Source: Abditibacterium sp. (lineage in GTDB: Bacteria; Armatimonadota; Abditibacteriia; Abditibacteriales; Abditibacteriaceae). Taken from it: a stretch of 64,000 nt of DNA. Each line of letters starts with the position of its first letter. Positions within the stretch are counted from its first letter, which is position 1. The translations under genes and the position numbers were made by a program. Positions 46,601 to 57,227 of the stretch are shown one piece after another. Under the pieces are notes generated by a model, which was not told the origin of the DNA, searched no databases, and saw only the letters and a program-made list of their open reading frames with translations. Where the stretch lies: positions 2,464,001 to 2,528,000 of the forward strand of contig CBDASK010000003.1 in the NCBI GenBank assembly GCA_965199495.1. The letters are read 5' to 3'.

Positions 46601-49600
46601 ATGAGTCAACTGATTCACATTACCGACAAAAAGGGTTCTCGCATTGAGGACAAGCCGCTCGATCTCGACGACGTGCGCGCCAAACTCGCCGAAACCAACG
46701 GCAAGACCTATTGGCGTTCGCTCGATGAGCTGTCGCAAAAGCCCGGCTTCACCGAAATGCTGCGGCGCGAGTTTCCCGGTCAGGCGCCCAAAGATTGGGC
46801 GCCGCTTCCGCGTCGCGACTTTCTGAAATTGATGGGCGCGTCACTCGCGCTCGCCGGTTTGAGCGGTTGCGCGTTTCAGCCCAACGAGAAAATCGTTCCC
46901 TACGTCAATCAGCCGGAATCGGTCGTGCCGGGCATCGCCTCTTACTATGCCACGGCGATGCCGTTTTCGGGTTACGCGTTGGGACTTTTGGCCAAAAGCA
47001 CCGATGGTCGCCCGGTCAAAGTCGAGGGCAACCCCGATCATCCGACTTCGGGCGGCGTTTCGCAGTTTGCTTCGGCCAACGGCAAACCGACGCTGAAAAA
47101 ACGCGGCTCGACCGATGTTTTCGCGCAGGCTTCGCTTTTGACAATGTATGACCCGGAGCGCTCGCAATCCATTCGCCGCAGCGGCGCTTCGAGCAACTGG
47201 GACACGTTCGTCGGCGAAATCACGCAGCAAATTCAGAATTCGCGCCGCACCAGCAAAGGCGCCGATTTCGCGATCATTACCGATACCATCACGTCGCCGA
47301 CCCAAATCGGTTTGATGAACGATTTGCGCGATTTGATGCCGGAGTTGCGCTGGGTTTCTTACGAGCCAGTCAACCGCGATAACGTCACGGCGGGCACGCG
47401 TTTGGCGTTTGGGCGCGACTTGCATCCGGTCTATCATTTCGATAGGGCCGACGTTATCGTTTCGCTCGATTGCGACTTCATGCTCGAAGAGCCGGGCCGC
47501 GTGGCTCATGCGCGCGAGTTCATTGATGGTCGCCGCGTTACCGACAAAAGCGCGCGCCAGAAGATGAATCGGCTTTATGTGATCGAGTCCACGCCGACCA
47601 TCACCGGCGCGCAAGCGGATCATCGTTTCCCGGTCAAAGCCGCGCAAGTTGACGGCATCGCGCGCTCTCTGGCGCAAGCGGTCGGCGTGCAGGGCGGCGC
47701 GGGCGCGCAACAGGTGACAGCAGACCAGAACAAATGGGTTCAGGAAATCGCCAAAGACTTGAACTCGAACGCGGGCAAAGTCATCGTCGTCGCGGGTGCG
47801 CATCAGCCACCGGCGGTTCACGCACTGGCGATGGCGATGACGGAAGGCTTGAAAGGCGTGAATGACAGATTGCCCGCTCCTGACAGCGCGACCATCACTT
47901 ATCATGCGCCGATCGAGGGCGCGCCGGTTCCGCATTTGGCGGGCTTGGCGTCGGTTGTGGACGAGATGAAGGCGGGCAAAATCAAGACGGTTTTGGTGAT
48001 GGGCACCAACCCGGCTTATAGCGCGCCGCGCGATTTGGATTTTGCGGCGGCGTTCAACAAAGTTCCGTTTCGCGCGCACGTTGGGCTTTACGAAGACGAG
48101 ACCAGCAACCTTTGCACCTGGCACGTTCCCGAATCGCACTATCTGGAACAGTGGAGCGATGCGCGCGCCATTGATGGCACGGTTTCTATTGTGCAGCCGA
48201 TTATCATGCCGCTTTACGAAGCGTGCAAATCGCCGCTCGAAGTGCTGGCGATGATGGCGGGCAACGTCAACTCGTCGGGCTACGACATCGTGCGCGGCAA
48301 CTGGGCGCGCACCAAAAGTCTGGTCAACGACGGCACCTTAGCGGCGGCGAGCAATCAGGGCGAACTGGCGAAAAACTCGACTTTGACGCAGAGCGGCGCG
48401 AGCGGTTTGAACAGTCAGGGCATTAATAATGGCGCGGCGCAGGGCTTGAGCAACGGCCCGATGACGGGCGCGCAGGGCAGCAACGCGAGTAATGGTTCTG
48501 GGATTGTTGCCGTCAAGAACAGCAAAACTGGGTTAGTTGGCACTGAGGATGTCAACAACGGCACCATCAACGGCGGCGCGATGAACGGCGTCACGCCGAT
48601 GAAACCCGCGCCCAACGGCGTGACGCGCAACAGCGCGCGCGGCGTTGGCCCTGGGAATAATATCTTCTATGCCGATGGTCATGTAAAACCGAAAACTGGC
48701 GGTCAGCAAGTCGGCGCCGCCGCAACGACAACCGGCGATGCGTTTGCTTTCGACCGATTCTGGCAGGAAGCCGTTCACTCCGGCGTTATCGCTGGCACGG
48801 CGGCTCCGGCGATTAACGTGACGGCGGGCGCTTTGAATTTGCCCGCGCAAACGGTTATTGGGCAGGGCATCGAAGTCAACTTCCGGCCCGACCCGACGAT
48901 TTGGGACGGACGCTTCGCCAACAACGGTTGGTTGCAGGAATGTCCCAAGCCGCTCACCAAATTGACGTGGGACAACGCGATTCTGGTCTCGCCCAACACG
49001 GCGCACAAGAACGGTTGGAATAACGACGATGAAGTCGAGTTGACGCTTAATGGCGGCAAAGTCAAGGGCGCGATTTTCATGTTGCCCGGCCAGCCCGACG
49101 ACGCGTTGACAATTAATCTGGGTTATGGCCGCGCGCAGGTTGGCAAAATCGGCACGGGCGCCGGATTCGACGCCAATCAACTGCGCACGGTTGATGCTCC
49201 GTGGATGGCTTATGGCGTGAAAACGGCCAAGTTAGGCACGGTCTACAAATTGGCAGCCACGGCGCACCATAACCTGATCGCGCCGAGCGGTAAAGACACG
49301 ACTTTCGTCGAAGCGTTCGTCGGCGGCGATGACGCCAAGACCAAAGTCATTGACGACATGGTCACGCCCGAAACGCGCGGCAAAGATATTGACGGCACGC
49401 ACGGGCGCGACCTGATTCGCAGCGGCACCTTCGCGCAGATGCAAAAGGGTGAACTGCCCGTCGTGGAAGAAGACAAAATCGGCGTGCCGATTTCGTGGCC
49501 GCGCAATCCCACTCCGGCTTTGGCGGGCAAAGCGATGCCCACCAGAGACAGCAACGGTTTTGCGCAGGGCGATGGATTGGTTTCGACCGAAGAAGATGGC

Positions 49601-50572
49601 CGCCCACTCGCCGATGATCGCGAGTTGGCGGGCAGCCCATCGTTTTATCCGCGCGAATCGGATTATGAGGCTTCGACGCCGCTCCGTTCGGTCGTGGCGG
49701 AAAAAGATTTGGAAGCCAAGTCGGCGGCGCTGGGTCGCACCAACGTGACGCAGCAGTGGGGCATGAGCGTGGATTTGCAATCGTGCGTCGGCTGTAACGC
49801 GTGCGTCGTGGGTTGCCAATCGGAGAATAATTCGGCGATTGTCGGCAAAGATCAGGTCTTAATGGGCCGCGAAATGCACTGGATTCGCATTGATGCCTAC
49901 ATGAGCGGCTCTTACGAAAACCCCGAAGTTTATTTCGAGCCGATGATGTGCCAGCACTGCGAAAAGGCGCCGTGCGCGCCGGTTTGTCCGTTCAACGCGG
50001 TTATGGAATCGCCGGGCGGCATCAACGAACAGATTTACAATCGTTGCGTCGGCACCAAATACTGCGAGAACAACTGCCCTTATAAAGTGCGCCGTTTCAA
50101 CTTCCTGCAATATTCGGATCAGATTTCGCCGACGATTCAGTTGATGGCCAACCCCAGCGTGACCGTGCGCAGTCGCGGCGTGATGGAAAAATGCACCTAT
50201 TGCATTCAGCGCGTCAAGGCCGCGCAGTGGCAGGCTGAAAAAGAAGATCGTTTCATTGCGGACGGCGACATCATTACCGCGTGCCAACAGGCGTGTCCGA
50301 CCAACGCGATTGTGTTTGGCGATATCAACGATCCGAACTCGCAGGTCAGCAAACTCAAGCGCGGCGACTTGACGTTCGGAATTTTGACGCACTTGAATAC
50401 CGGGCCGCGCACTTCGTATACCGCGAAGATTCGCAATCCCAATCCGGCCCTCGTTGCGCTCAATCCGAAGGTTTATGGCACCGAAGTGCGCGAAGGCGAA
50501 CACGCCGAGGGCGCCGAGCATACGACGGAAAATCAGGCGTTCGTTGAAAGCAAGGGCGAGGCGAAACACTAA
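46601..50572 (+). CDS. actB: Alternative complex III subunit ActB (molybdopterin-oxidoreductase-like plus Fe-S domains), with large insertions
   Basis: YWRSLDEL, RRDFLKLMGAS..SGC, GRPVKVEGNPDHP, LTWDN, CVGCNAC, CQHC..PC..VCP, CVGTKYCENNCP, EKCTYC. Confidence 0.95.
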   Translation: MSQLIHITDKKGSRIEDKPLDLDDVRAKLAETNGKTYWRSLDELSQKPGFTEMLRREFPGQAPKDWAPLPRRDFLKLMGASLALAGLSGCAFQPNEKIVPYVNQPESVVPGIASYYATAMPFSGYALGLLAKSTDGRPVKVEGNPDHPTSGGVSQFASANGKPTLKKRGSTDVFAQASLLTMYDPERSQSIRRSGASSNWDTFVGEITQQIQNSRRTSKGADFAIITDTITSPTQIGLMNDLRDLMPELRWVSYEPVNRDNVTAGTRLAFGRDLHPVYHFDRADVIVSLDCDFMLEEPGRVAHAREFIDGRRVTDKSARQKMNRLYVIESTPTITGAQADHRFPVKAAQVDGIARSLAQAVGVQGGAGAQQVTADQNKWVQEIAKDLNSNAGKVIVVAGAHQPPAVHALAMAMTEGLKGVNDRLPAPDSATITYHAPIEGAPVPHLAGLASVVDEMKAGKIKTVLVMGTNPAYSAPRDLDFAAAFNKVPFRAHVGLYEDETSNLCTWHVPESHYLEQWSDARAIDGTVSIVQPIIMPLYEACKSPLEVLAMMAGNVNSSGYDIVRGNWARTKSLVNDGTLAAASNQGELAKNSTLTQSGASGLNSQGINNGAAQGLSNGPMTGAQGSNASNGSGIVAVKNSKTGLVGTEDVNNGTINGGAMNGVTPMKPAPNGVTRNSARGVGPGNNIFYADGHVKPKTGGQQVGAAATTTGDAFAFDRFWQEAVHSGVIAGTAAPAINVTAGALNLPAQTVIGQGIEVNFRPDPTIWDGRFANNGWLQECPKPLTKLTWDNAILVSPNTAHKNGWNNDDEVELTLNGGKVKGAIFMLPGQPDDALTINLGYGRAQVGKIGTGAGFDANQLRTVDAPWMAYGVKTAKLGTVYKLAATAHHNLIAPSGKDTTFVEAFVGGDDAKTKVIDDMVTPETRGKDIDGTHGRDLIRSGTFAQMQKGELPVVEEDKIGVPISWPRNPTPALAGKAMPTRDSNGFAQGDGLVSTEEDGRPLADDRELAGSPSFYPRESDYEASTPLRSVVAEKDLEAKSAALGRTNVTQQWGMSVDLQSCVGCNACVVGCQSENNSAIVGKDQVLMGREMHWIRIDAYMSGSYENPEVYFEPMMCQHCEKAPCAPVCPFNAVMESPGGINEQIYNRCVGTKYCENNCPYKVRRFNFLQYSDQISPTIQLMANPSVTVRSRGVMEKCTYCIQRVKAAQWQAEKEDRFIADGDIITACQQACPTNAIVFGDINDPNSQVSKLKRGDLTFGILTHLNTGPRTSYTAKIRNPNPALVALNPKVYGTEVREGEHAEGAEHTTENQAFVESKGEAKH

Positions 50573-50581
50573 GGTTGAGGT

Positions 50582-50756
50582 GGGCGGTAAGTTTTCCCTC
50601 ACCCTAACCCTCTCCCGGAGGGAGAAGGAACACCTTGCCGGAAAGTAAAACTTGCTTCAACTAACTCAATAAGAAAGTTGAAGTAACTTACAGCTTCCGG
50701 CAAATCGTTCCTTCTTCCTCCGGGAGAGGGTTAGGGTGAGGGAAAACTTACTGCCC
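50582..50756. repeat. CCCTCACCCTAACCCTCTCCC-family inverted repeat element
   Basis: GGGCGGTAAGTTTTCCCTCACCCTAACCCTCTCCCGGAGG / CCTCCGGGAGAGGGTTAGGGTGAGGGAAAACTTACTGCCC, with further inner pairing. Confidence 0.88.
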
Positions 50757-50814
50757 TTCGATAAATTGATAATTAAACCAACCGGCATCGCATCGCCGGA
50801 ACAATTGACACACT

Positions 50815-52323
50815 ATGGCTGCAATTACACCACGAGGAATTACGCGACGGTTACCCACACCGCCCGTTGATGCCGACGAGACTTTCGATGTCATCGGCAA
50901 AGGGAACTCGCTCGCCAGCGTTTCGGCGCGGATTTCGGACGTCGTTTTGCGCGACCGTTTGCGTCCAGGCTGGGTTTTATTCCTGATTTTCGCGCTGATG
51001 CTGCTGGCGACGCTGGCCGTTTCGGTCGTTTATCTGGGCGCGATGGGCGTGGGCATCTGGGGCATCAACAACGCTGTGGCGTGGGGTTTCGACATCATCA
51101 ACTTCGTTTGGTGGATCGGTATCGGCCACGCCGGAACGTTGATTTCGGCGGTTCTGCTGCTCTTCCATCAGAACTGGCGCACTTCGATTAACCGCTTCGC
51201 CGAAGCGATGACGATTTTCGCCGTTTTCTGCGCGGGCCTTTACGTGCTTTCGCATCTGGGGCGCCACCAATATGCTTACTGGTTGTTCCCGTTGCCCAAC
51301 TCGATGGGCATGTGGCCCAACTTCCGTTCGCCACTCGAATGGGACGTGTTCGCGGTTTCGACCTACATGACGGTTTCGATCTTGTTCTGGTATGTCGGTT
51401 TGATTCCCGATTTGGCGACGTTGCGCGACCGCGCGGTTCGTCCGCTCATCAAGCGCCTTTACGGTATTGCATCGCTCGGCTGGCGTGGCTCCAATCAGCA
51501 CTGGCATCGCTACATGGCGGTCTACCTGATTTTGGCGGGCATCTCGACGCCGCTCGTTTTGTCGGTTCACTCGACCATCTCGTTCGACTTCGCGTTTTCG
51601 CAGAATCCGGGCTGGCACACGACGATTTTTCCGCCTTACTTTGTGGCGGGCGCTCTGGTCGGCGGCTTCGCGATGGTTTTGATCCTCGCGATTCCGATGC
51701 GCCAGATTTTCCAGTTGAAAGATATGATCACGATGCGCCATCTGGAAAACTGCGCCAAGATCATTCTGGCGACGGCGATTTTTGTGGCCTATGGTTACGG
51801 CATGGAAGTTTTCATGGCCTACTATTCGGGCGAAACCTACGAGCGTTTCATGACGGTCAACCGCTTCTTCGGGCCTTACGGCTGGAGCTATTGGGCGCTG
51901 ATGAGTTGTAACGTGCTGATTCCTCAACTGTTCTGGTTCAGGAAAATCCGCACCAGCTTGATCTGGCAGTTCGTGATTTCGATCATGGTCTCGATTGGCA
52001 TGTGGCTGGAGCGTTTCGTGATTATCGCCGTTCCTCTGACGCGCACCTTTTTGCCATCGTCGTGGCACACCTACGTGCCGACGGGTTGGGACTGGGCGCA
52101 GTATTGCGGATCGTTCGGCTTGTTCCTGACCTGCTTTTTGCTGTTTTGCCGCATGTTGCCAGTGATCGCGATGGCCGAAATGCGCGAACTCGTTCACCAC
52201 GAAGCGCATCACGGCCACGGCGCCGATCATGGCGCGGGCGGTCATGCGCACAGCGGCGAGGGCGGCGAACCCAACGCGGGCTTTTCGGGCAGCGACCCGT
52301 CGGTCGCGGCGGCGCGAGGTTAG
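50815..52323 (+). CDS. actC: Alternative complex III subunit ActC (NrfD/PsrC family)
   Basis: NFVWWIGIGHAGTLISA, WRTSINRFAE, HLGR, NFRSPL.WD, PLVLSVH, WHTTIFPPYFVAGA, GMWLERF. Confidence 0.95.
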   Translation: MAAITPRGITRRLPTPPVDADETFDVIGKGNSLASVSARISDVVLRDRLRPGWVLFLIFALMLLATLAVSVVYLGAMGVGIWGINNAVAWGFDIINFVWWIGIGHAGTLISAVLLLFHQNWRTSINRFAEAMTIFAVFCAGLYVLSHLGRHQYAYWLFPLPNSMGMWPNFRSPLEWDVFAVSTYMTVSILFWYVGLIPDLATLRDRAVRPLIKRLYGIASLGWRGSNQHWHRYMAVYLILAGISTPLVLSVHSTISFDFAFSQNPGWHTTIFPPYFVAGALVGGFAMVLILAIPMRQIFQLKDMITMRHLENCAKIILATAIFVAYGYGMEVFMAYYSGETYERFMTVNRFFGPYGWSYWALMSCNVLIPQLFWFRKIRTSLIWQFVISIMVSIGMWLERFVIIAVPLTRTFLPSSWHTYVPTGWDWAQYCGSFGLFLTCFLLFCRMLPVIAMAEMRELVHHEAHHGHGADHGAGGHAHSGEGGEPNAGFSGSDPSVAAARG

Positions 52324-52331
52324 GCTGAATT

Positions 52332-52359
52332 GCGAGGAATTAGCGCGCTAATTCCTCGC
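52332..52359. repeat. Perfect 28-bp palindrome between actC and actD
   Basis: GCGAGGAATTAGCG-CGCTAATTCCTCGC. Confidence 0.85.
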
Positions 52360-52384
52360 GTTATGAGTTGGAGGCAATCATATC

Positions 52385-53053
52385 ATGGCAGAAATTGACA
52401 TCCAAAAATCCGGCGCCGCGATCATCGAGAAACCGACGGTTGCGCGTGGCCCGCAAGAACTGATTTCGGGCAACAATCGCGGGCGCGATTTGCGCGCGGC
52501 GGAAGTCGCGCGCGCTCAGGGCAAGCACGAAGTCTGGGGCATCACGGCGGAATTCGACGAAACCGACCCGATTATCAACGCGGCGCGTCAGGCGCGCCAG
52601 TCCGGCTACACGCGCATGGATTCCTATACGCCGATGCCGGTCGAAGGGTTGAGCGAGGCGAGCGGTTATCGCAACAAGCAGATGCCCGCGCTGATGTTCA
52701 TGGGCGGCTTATTGGGTTGCTCGGCGGGCTACTGGATGCAGTGGTATGCCAACACGCAATCCTACGTTCTCAACGTCGGCGGGCGACCTTATCATACGTG
52801 GCCGAACTTTATCGTTATCACCTTCGAGGCGACGGTTTTGCTGACGGCGTTTATGGGCGTCTTTGGTATGCTGGCGCTCAACGGTTTGCCGACGCTTTAT
52901 CATCCGATGTTTGGCGTGGACGGATTCGACCGCGCTTCGCAAGATCGCTTCTTTTTTACCATTGAATCGCGCGACCCGGAGTTTGACTTCGATAAAACGT
53001 TGGCGTTTATGCAGAGTTTGGGAGCGCTTCGCGTTCAAGTTGTGGAAAAATAA
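52385..53053 (+). CDS. actD: Alternative complex III subunit ActD (DUF3341)
   Basis: AEF, DSYTPMPVEGL, VGGRP, P.FIVITFE, NGLP..YHP.F, RASQDRFF. Confidence 0.92.
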   Translation: MAEIDIQKSGAAIIEKPTVARGPQELISGNNRGRDLRAAEVARAQGKHEVWGITAEFDETDPIINAARQARQSGYTRMDSYTPMPVEGLSEASGYRNKQMPALMFMGGLLGCSAGYWMQWYANTQSYVLNVGGRPYHTWPNFIVITFEATVLLTAFMGVFGMLALNGLPTLYHPMFGVDGFDRASQDRFFFTIESRDPEFDFDKTLAFMQSLGALRVQVVEK

Positions 53054-53055
53054 AG

Positions 53056-53982
53056 ATGAAACTTAAATTTCTTGTGTTGGCGCCTCTGGCGTTGGGCGTT
53101 TTGAGCGGTTGCACACGTCAGGGCAAATTTCAGCCGGTTGACATGTGGAACGGTGCGCGCCTGAAACCTTACGAGGGCTTTCATTTTTTCGCCAACAACT
53201 CCGAGGCGCAGACGCCGCCTGCGGGCACCGTCGCGCGTTCGCAAAACCGCACCGACGAGCCGCTTTATTACGGCACACAAAACGGTACGCTGATTACCTA
53301 TAACCCGCTGATTAAGAACGCGAAAAATCCCGAACAGCGTTTGGCGATACTTCAGCGCGGCCAAGAGCGCTACCAAATTTATTGCCAGCCGTGTCACGGT
53401 TTGGGCGGTTATGGCGATGGTTTGATCGTCAAGCGCGGATTATCTGCGCCGCCTTCGTATCATCTGGATCGTCTGCGCAACGCCGCCGATGGGCATATTT
53501 ACGATGTTATCGCCAACGGTTACGGCTCGATGTATTCCTATGGTTCACGCGTGCCGACTCAAGATCGTTGGGCGATTGTGGCCTACATTCGCGCTTTGCA
53601 GCGTTCGCAAAACGCCATGCCGGGCGACGTTCCGGCGGGCAAAGATTTGAGCAAACCCGAAGTTGTGCCGCCAGTCAACAACGAGCGCAAATATCAGGGC
53701 GGGACGGGTGGGCACGCTTACAACCGCGCCAAAAATGGCAACGATAGCGACGTGGCTGATGGAACGGAAGATTTGCCGATGGTTGGCACGCAGCAGAACG
53801 ATTTGAATTACGGCAATATCCCCAGCGCGCAGTTGGGCCAGCCGAGCCGCGCGCCGGTTTCACCGCAGCAGAATTCGTCGCCTTCGCCGAGCATGAACGA
53901 ACCCGACAGTTCGCATTTGTTGGCGCCCAGTCGGGGCGAGGCCCAAGCGAAATCTTCGGCGACTTCGCCCGCCGCGCGCTAA
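53056..53982 (+). CDS. actE: Alternative complex III monoheme cytochrome c lipoprotein ActE with long C-terminal tail
   Basis: Lipobox LSGC, DM, PPAGTVAR, CQPCHG, DRWAIVAYIRALQ. Confidence 0.9.
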   Translation: MKLKFLVLAPLALGVLSGCTRQGKFQPVDMWNGARLKPYEGFHFFANNSEAQTPPAGTVARSQNRTDEPLYYGTQNGTLITYNPLIKNAKNPEQRLAILQRGQERYQIYCQPCHGLGGYGDGLIVKRGLSAPPSYHLDRLRNAADGHIYDVIANGYGSMYSYGSRVPTQDRWAIVAYIRALQRSQNAMPGDVPAGKDLSKPEVVPPVNNERKYQGGTGGHAYNRAKNGNDSDVADGTEDLPMVGTQQNDLNYGNIPSAQLGQPSRAPVSPQQNSSPSPSMNEPDSSHLLAPSRGEAQAKSSATSPAAR

Positions 53983-54006
53983 AGATCGAGAGTGAAATTA
54001 AGTAAC

Positions 54007-55386
54007 ATGGCAGAAATCAACATCGAACACACCGAAGAAGGCGGCGGGCACTCGCATGACGAGGGCGCGCGCGCGATTCCCACGGTCAACGAACTTATCG
54101 GGCCGCGCTTGACGGCGCTCATCGCCAAAGCGCCCATTTATATGACGGTTGGCGGTGTGCTGACGCTCGCCGGTTTGCTCTTGTCGCCCAAATCGTTCTT
54201 CCAATCCTATCTGTTCGCCTATATGTTTTGGTTCGGCATCACGCTCGGCTCGACGGCGTGGCTGATGGCGCATCACGTTGTCGGCGGCGGCTGGGGCTTT
54301 TTGATGCGTCGCCCGCTCGAAGCGGCCACGCGCGTGTGGCCATTGACGCTGGCGCTCTTCGTGCCGCTCGCCATCGCGATGTTTTTGTCCATGACCAACG
54401 GGCACGCGATGGGCGCGCTTTATCACTGGGCCGATCCGCACGTCGTGGCTGCCGATGCCAGTCTGATCAAAAAAGCGGGTTATCTCAATCCTTTGGGCTG
54501 GCTGATTCGCGCGGGCGTCTGCTTCGCGATCTGGTTTGGACTGTCTTATCTGCTCAACAAATGGTCGCGCGAGGAAGACACTTCGCCTTCGCCGATTCCG
54601 CGCCACAGGCTCAGCATGTGGTCGGCGTTTGGTCTGGTCATCTTTCTATTTACCGTTACCATCGCTTCGGTGGATTGGGTAATGTCCATCGAGCCGCACT
54701 GGTATTCTGCGCTGTGGGGCGCGATTTTCTTGGTCGGCGAAGCATTGTCCACGCTCTCGATTATGGTCGTCATCATCTATAACATGATGAAGGGCACGAC
54801 GCTGTTCAAAAGCATCGAAACGCGCTATTTTCGCGATATCGGCAACTTGATGTTGGCCTTCACGATTTTTTGGGCCTACACCAACTATTCGCAGTTCATG
54901 ATCCAGTATTCGGGCAACCTGGCCGAAGAAGCGACGTGGCAACTGCACCGCACGACGCACGGCTGGCAGTTCTTTGGCGCCGTCAATATCGTGTTGCACT
55001 TCGCGTTGCCGTTCTTGTTCGCTTTGATGTCGATCACCAAAGTCAACATGGGCAACCTGCGCAAACTGGCGATGTTCTTGATTTTCGCGCGCTTCGTTGA
55101 TTTGTTCTTTTACGTGGTGCCGACGTTTCGCGTTAGCCCGCTCGATGGATTGCCCGGTGGCGCTTATCCGTTCGCGTTTCTGGCCGACATCGGTTTGCCG
55201 ATTTTGCTGGGCGGATTGTGGCTCTGGGCATGGGCGACGCAGATGAAGAAAGTCAACGCGCCGATTGTGCCGCTTTTCGACCCGCGCATCGGCGACGACG
55301 CGTGGCCGCTCCAGGCGGCGGAAACGACCGCAGCGAACACGGGTTCGAGCGGACGCACTTTGAAGGAGGCAACAATCAATGGCTGA
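54007..55386 (+). CDS. actF: Alternative complex III subunit ActF
   Basis: SYL, GGW..RRPLEA, LYHW, K.GYLN, DWVMSIEPHWYS, DIGNLM, WAY..SQF..NLAEE. Confidence 0.9.
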   Translation: MAEINIEHTEEGGGHSHDEGARAIPTVNELIGPRLTALIAKAPIYMTVGGVLTLAGLLLSPKSFFQSYLFAYMFWFGITLGSTAWLMAHHVVGGGWGFLMRRPLEAATRVWPLTLALFVPLAIAMFLSMTNGHAMGALYHWADPHVVAADASLIKKAGYLNPLGWLIRAGVCFAIWFGLSYLLNKWSREEDTSPSPIPRHRLSMWSAFGLVIFLFTVTIASVDWVMSIEPHWYSALWGAIFLVGEALSTLSIMVVIIYNMMKGTTLFKSIETRYFRDIGNLMLAFTIFWAYTNYSQFMIQYSGNLAEEATWQLHRTTHGWQFFGAVNIVLHFALPFLFALMSITKVNMGNLRKLAMFLIFARFVDLFFYVVPTFRVSPLDGLPGGAYPFAFLADIGLPILLGGLWLWAWATQMKKVNAPIVPLFDPRIGDDAWPLQAAETTAANTGSSGRTLKEATING

Positions 55387-56056
55387 TCACAAACCACAGG
55401 GCACACAACAATACGCCGTCGAATCGGGCTACGAATCGGGCGACGCCAACGTCAAATCCATCGTCACCGGGCTTTCGATAATTTTAGTTTCGACCGGCGT
55501 TGTTATGGCGGCGATGTTCGGTATGTTCAACGTGTTGAACGGACGCATCAACGACGAGCAGGAGAAAACTCCTGCCGCAATGTCGCAGGTCGTCGTTCCG
55601 CCGCAGCCACGCCTGTTTCCGTCGCCCTACACTGATACGGCGCCCGAAGCCTACCAATATAAGCAGTCAGCGCCCGATTTATATCCGTGGGATGTGCGCA
55701 ACGTCGAAATCGAGAATCAATACGACGAAACCAACGTTTACGCCAAAGACGCGAAAAGCGATACGCGCATTCCCATCGCCGATGCGATGGCTTTGGAAGC
55801 GGGCATAAATCCCAATTCCAAAACTGGCCCGAATGGAACACCTGCCGTGATGTCATGGCAACCGGAATATCCGATTTTGATGGCGGGTAAAACTGGGCCG
55901 ACGATGAATTTATCGTATGGCTCCACAAAGGTAAGCGAAGAGATTTTCGATTTGCGGCCCAAATATTGGGAAACGCAGGACGAAAAGTTCACCGTCGAGT
56001 CGTCGGGCGGACGCACATTGGTCGAAGGCAACGACGTGGCTGATGTCAGCCGGTAG
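55379..56056 (+). CDS. Single-TM protein, ActG-like by position
   Basis: GYE..D.NV, one TM, PPQPRL, RIPIADAM; lies between actF and SCO. Confidence 0.65.
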   Translation: MADHKPQGTQQYAVESGYESGDANVKSIVTGLSIILVSTGVVMAAMFGMFNVLNGRINDEQEKTPAAMSQVVVPPQPRLFPSPYTDTAPEAYQYKQSAPDLYPWDVRNVEIENQYDETNVYAKDAKSDTRIPIADAMALEAGINPNSKTGPNGTPAVMSWQPEYPILMAGKTGPTMNLSYGSTKVSEEIFDLRPKYWETQDEKFTVESSGGRTLVEGNDVADVSR

Positions 56057-56195
56057 AGATTTGGTGATGTAAGAAACCTCTTTTGGTGCAGCATCTCTTG
56101 CCACTGCGACAAGTGATAAGCAACGCCGGGCGCGCCGCCGGTTCGTCAAACTCTTACTTGTTCCGCTTCTCGTGTGAAACGGGGAAAGTCGTATC

Positions 56196-57194
56196 ATGTT
56201 CAACACGCAACGCTCTCGCACTTTCTGGCCCGCGCTTCTCTTAATGGGATGCGCGTCGCTTCTCGCTCACGCTCCGGCGCGCGCGCAATCTCAAACCGCG
56301 CCTGCCGGGCTGGTGCCGATTGCCCCGCAGGGCGATCTGGGTTCCAATCACGCGGGCAAAGATGGGCAGAACATCTTCGATACCACCGCGCCCAACGGCG
56401 GCGCGCCCGCCGATTTGGTGAGTCGCGTTGGCATTGATCAGAATCTCGACGCCAAAATTCCGCTCGATTTGCAGTTCAAAGACGAAGACGGCAAAACGGT
56501 GGAACTGGCCGATTACTTCGGCAAAAAGCCGGTGCTGATCACGATGTTGCAGTTGACCTGCGACCAAGTCTGTTCGGCGCAGTTTGGCGCGATGAATACG
56601 GCGTTTAAAGACCCGAAATTTGGTTTTACGCCCGGCAAAGAGTTCGAGATTTTGACGGTTTCGATTGATCCGAAAGAAACGCCGATGATCGCCAAAGACG
56701 TTCAGGACGAGCGTATCAAAGATTTGGGTAAGCCCGAAGCGCGCGAGGGTTGGCATTTTCTGACCGGCACCAAAGAAAACACCAGGGCTTTGGCCAAAGC
56801 TCTGGGCATCAAATATATCTGGGAAGAGAAGAACGGGCAGTTCATTCATCCCGACGGGATTGTGATGGCGACGCCAGATGGTCATGTGTCGCGCTACTTC
56901 ATGCGTTTGGATTACGATCCGCGCGCTATGCGTTACAGCATTGTCGAGGCGTCCAAAGATCGGGTCGGCACCATCATTGACCAAATCGCGTTGTCGTGTT
57001 TTCACTACAATCCGACGACCGGCAAATATACGTTGCAATTTATGCTGGTGCTGCGTTTATTGGGCGGCGCGTTTGTGCTGGGAAGCGTAGGCGCGATTGC
57101 GTTTGCATTGATGCGCGAAAAGCGCGGGCCAAAGCCCGGCGCAGCAGCCACGACGGGCGCGGCGGGCAACAACAAGAAAGTTAAAACGGCTTAA
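56196..57194 (+). CDS. SCO family copper chaperone
   Basis: VGIDQNL, CDQVC (CxxxC), SIDP, WHFLTG, FIH, CFHYNPTTGKY. Confidence 0.92.
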   Translation: MFNTQRSRTFWPALLLMGCASLLAHAPARAQSQTAPAGLVPIAPQGDLGSNHAGKDGQNIFDTTAPNGGAPADLVSRVGIDQNLDAKIPLDLQFKDEDGKTVELADYFGKKPVLITMLQLTCDQVCSAQFGAMNTAFKDPKFGFTPGKEFEILTVSIDPKETPMIAKDVQDERIKDLGKPEAREGWHFLTGTKENTRALAKALGIKYIWEEKNGQFIHPDGIVMATPDGHVSRYFMRLDYDPRAMRYSIVEASKDRVGTIIDQIALSCFHYNPTTGKYTLQFMLVLRLLGGAFVLGSVGAIAFALMREKRGPKPGAAATTGAAGNNKKVKTA

Positions 57195-57227
57195 ACTGAA
57201 GTTTAGGTCTCATCTGACGTATTTCAA

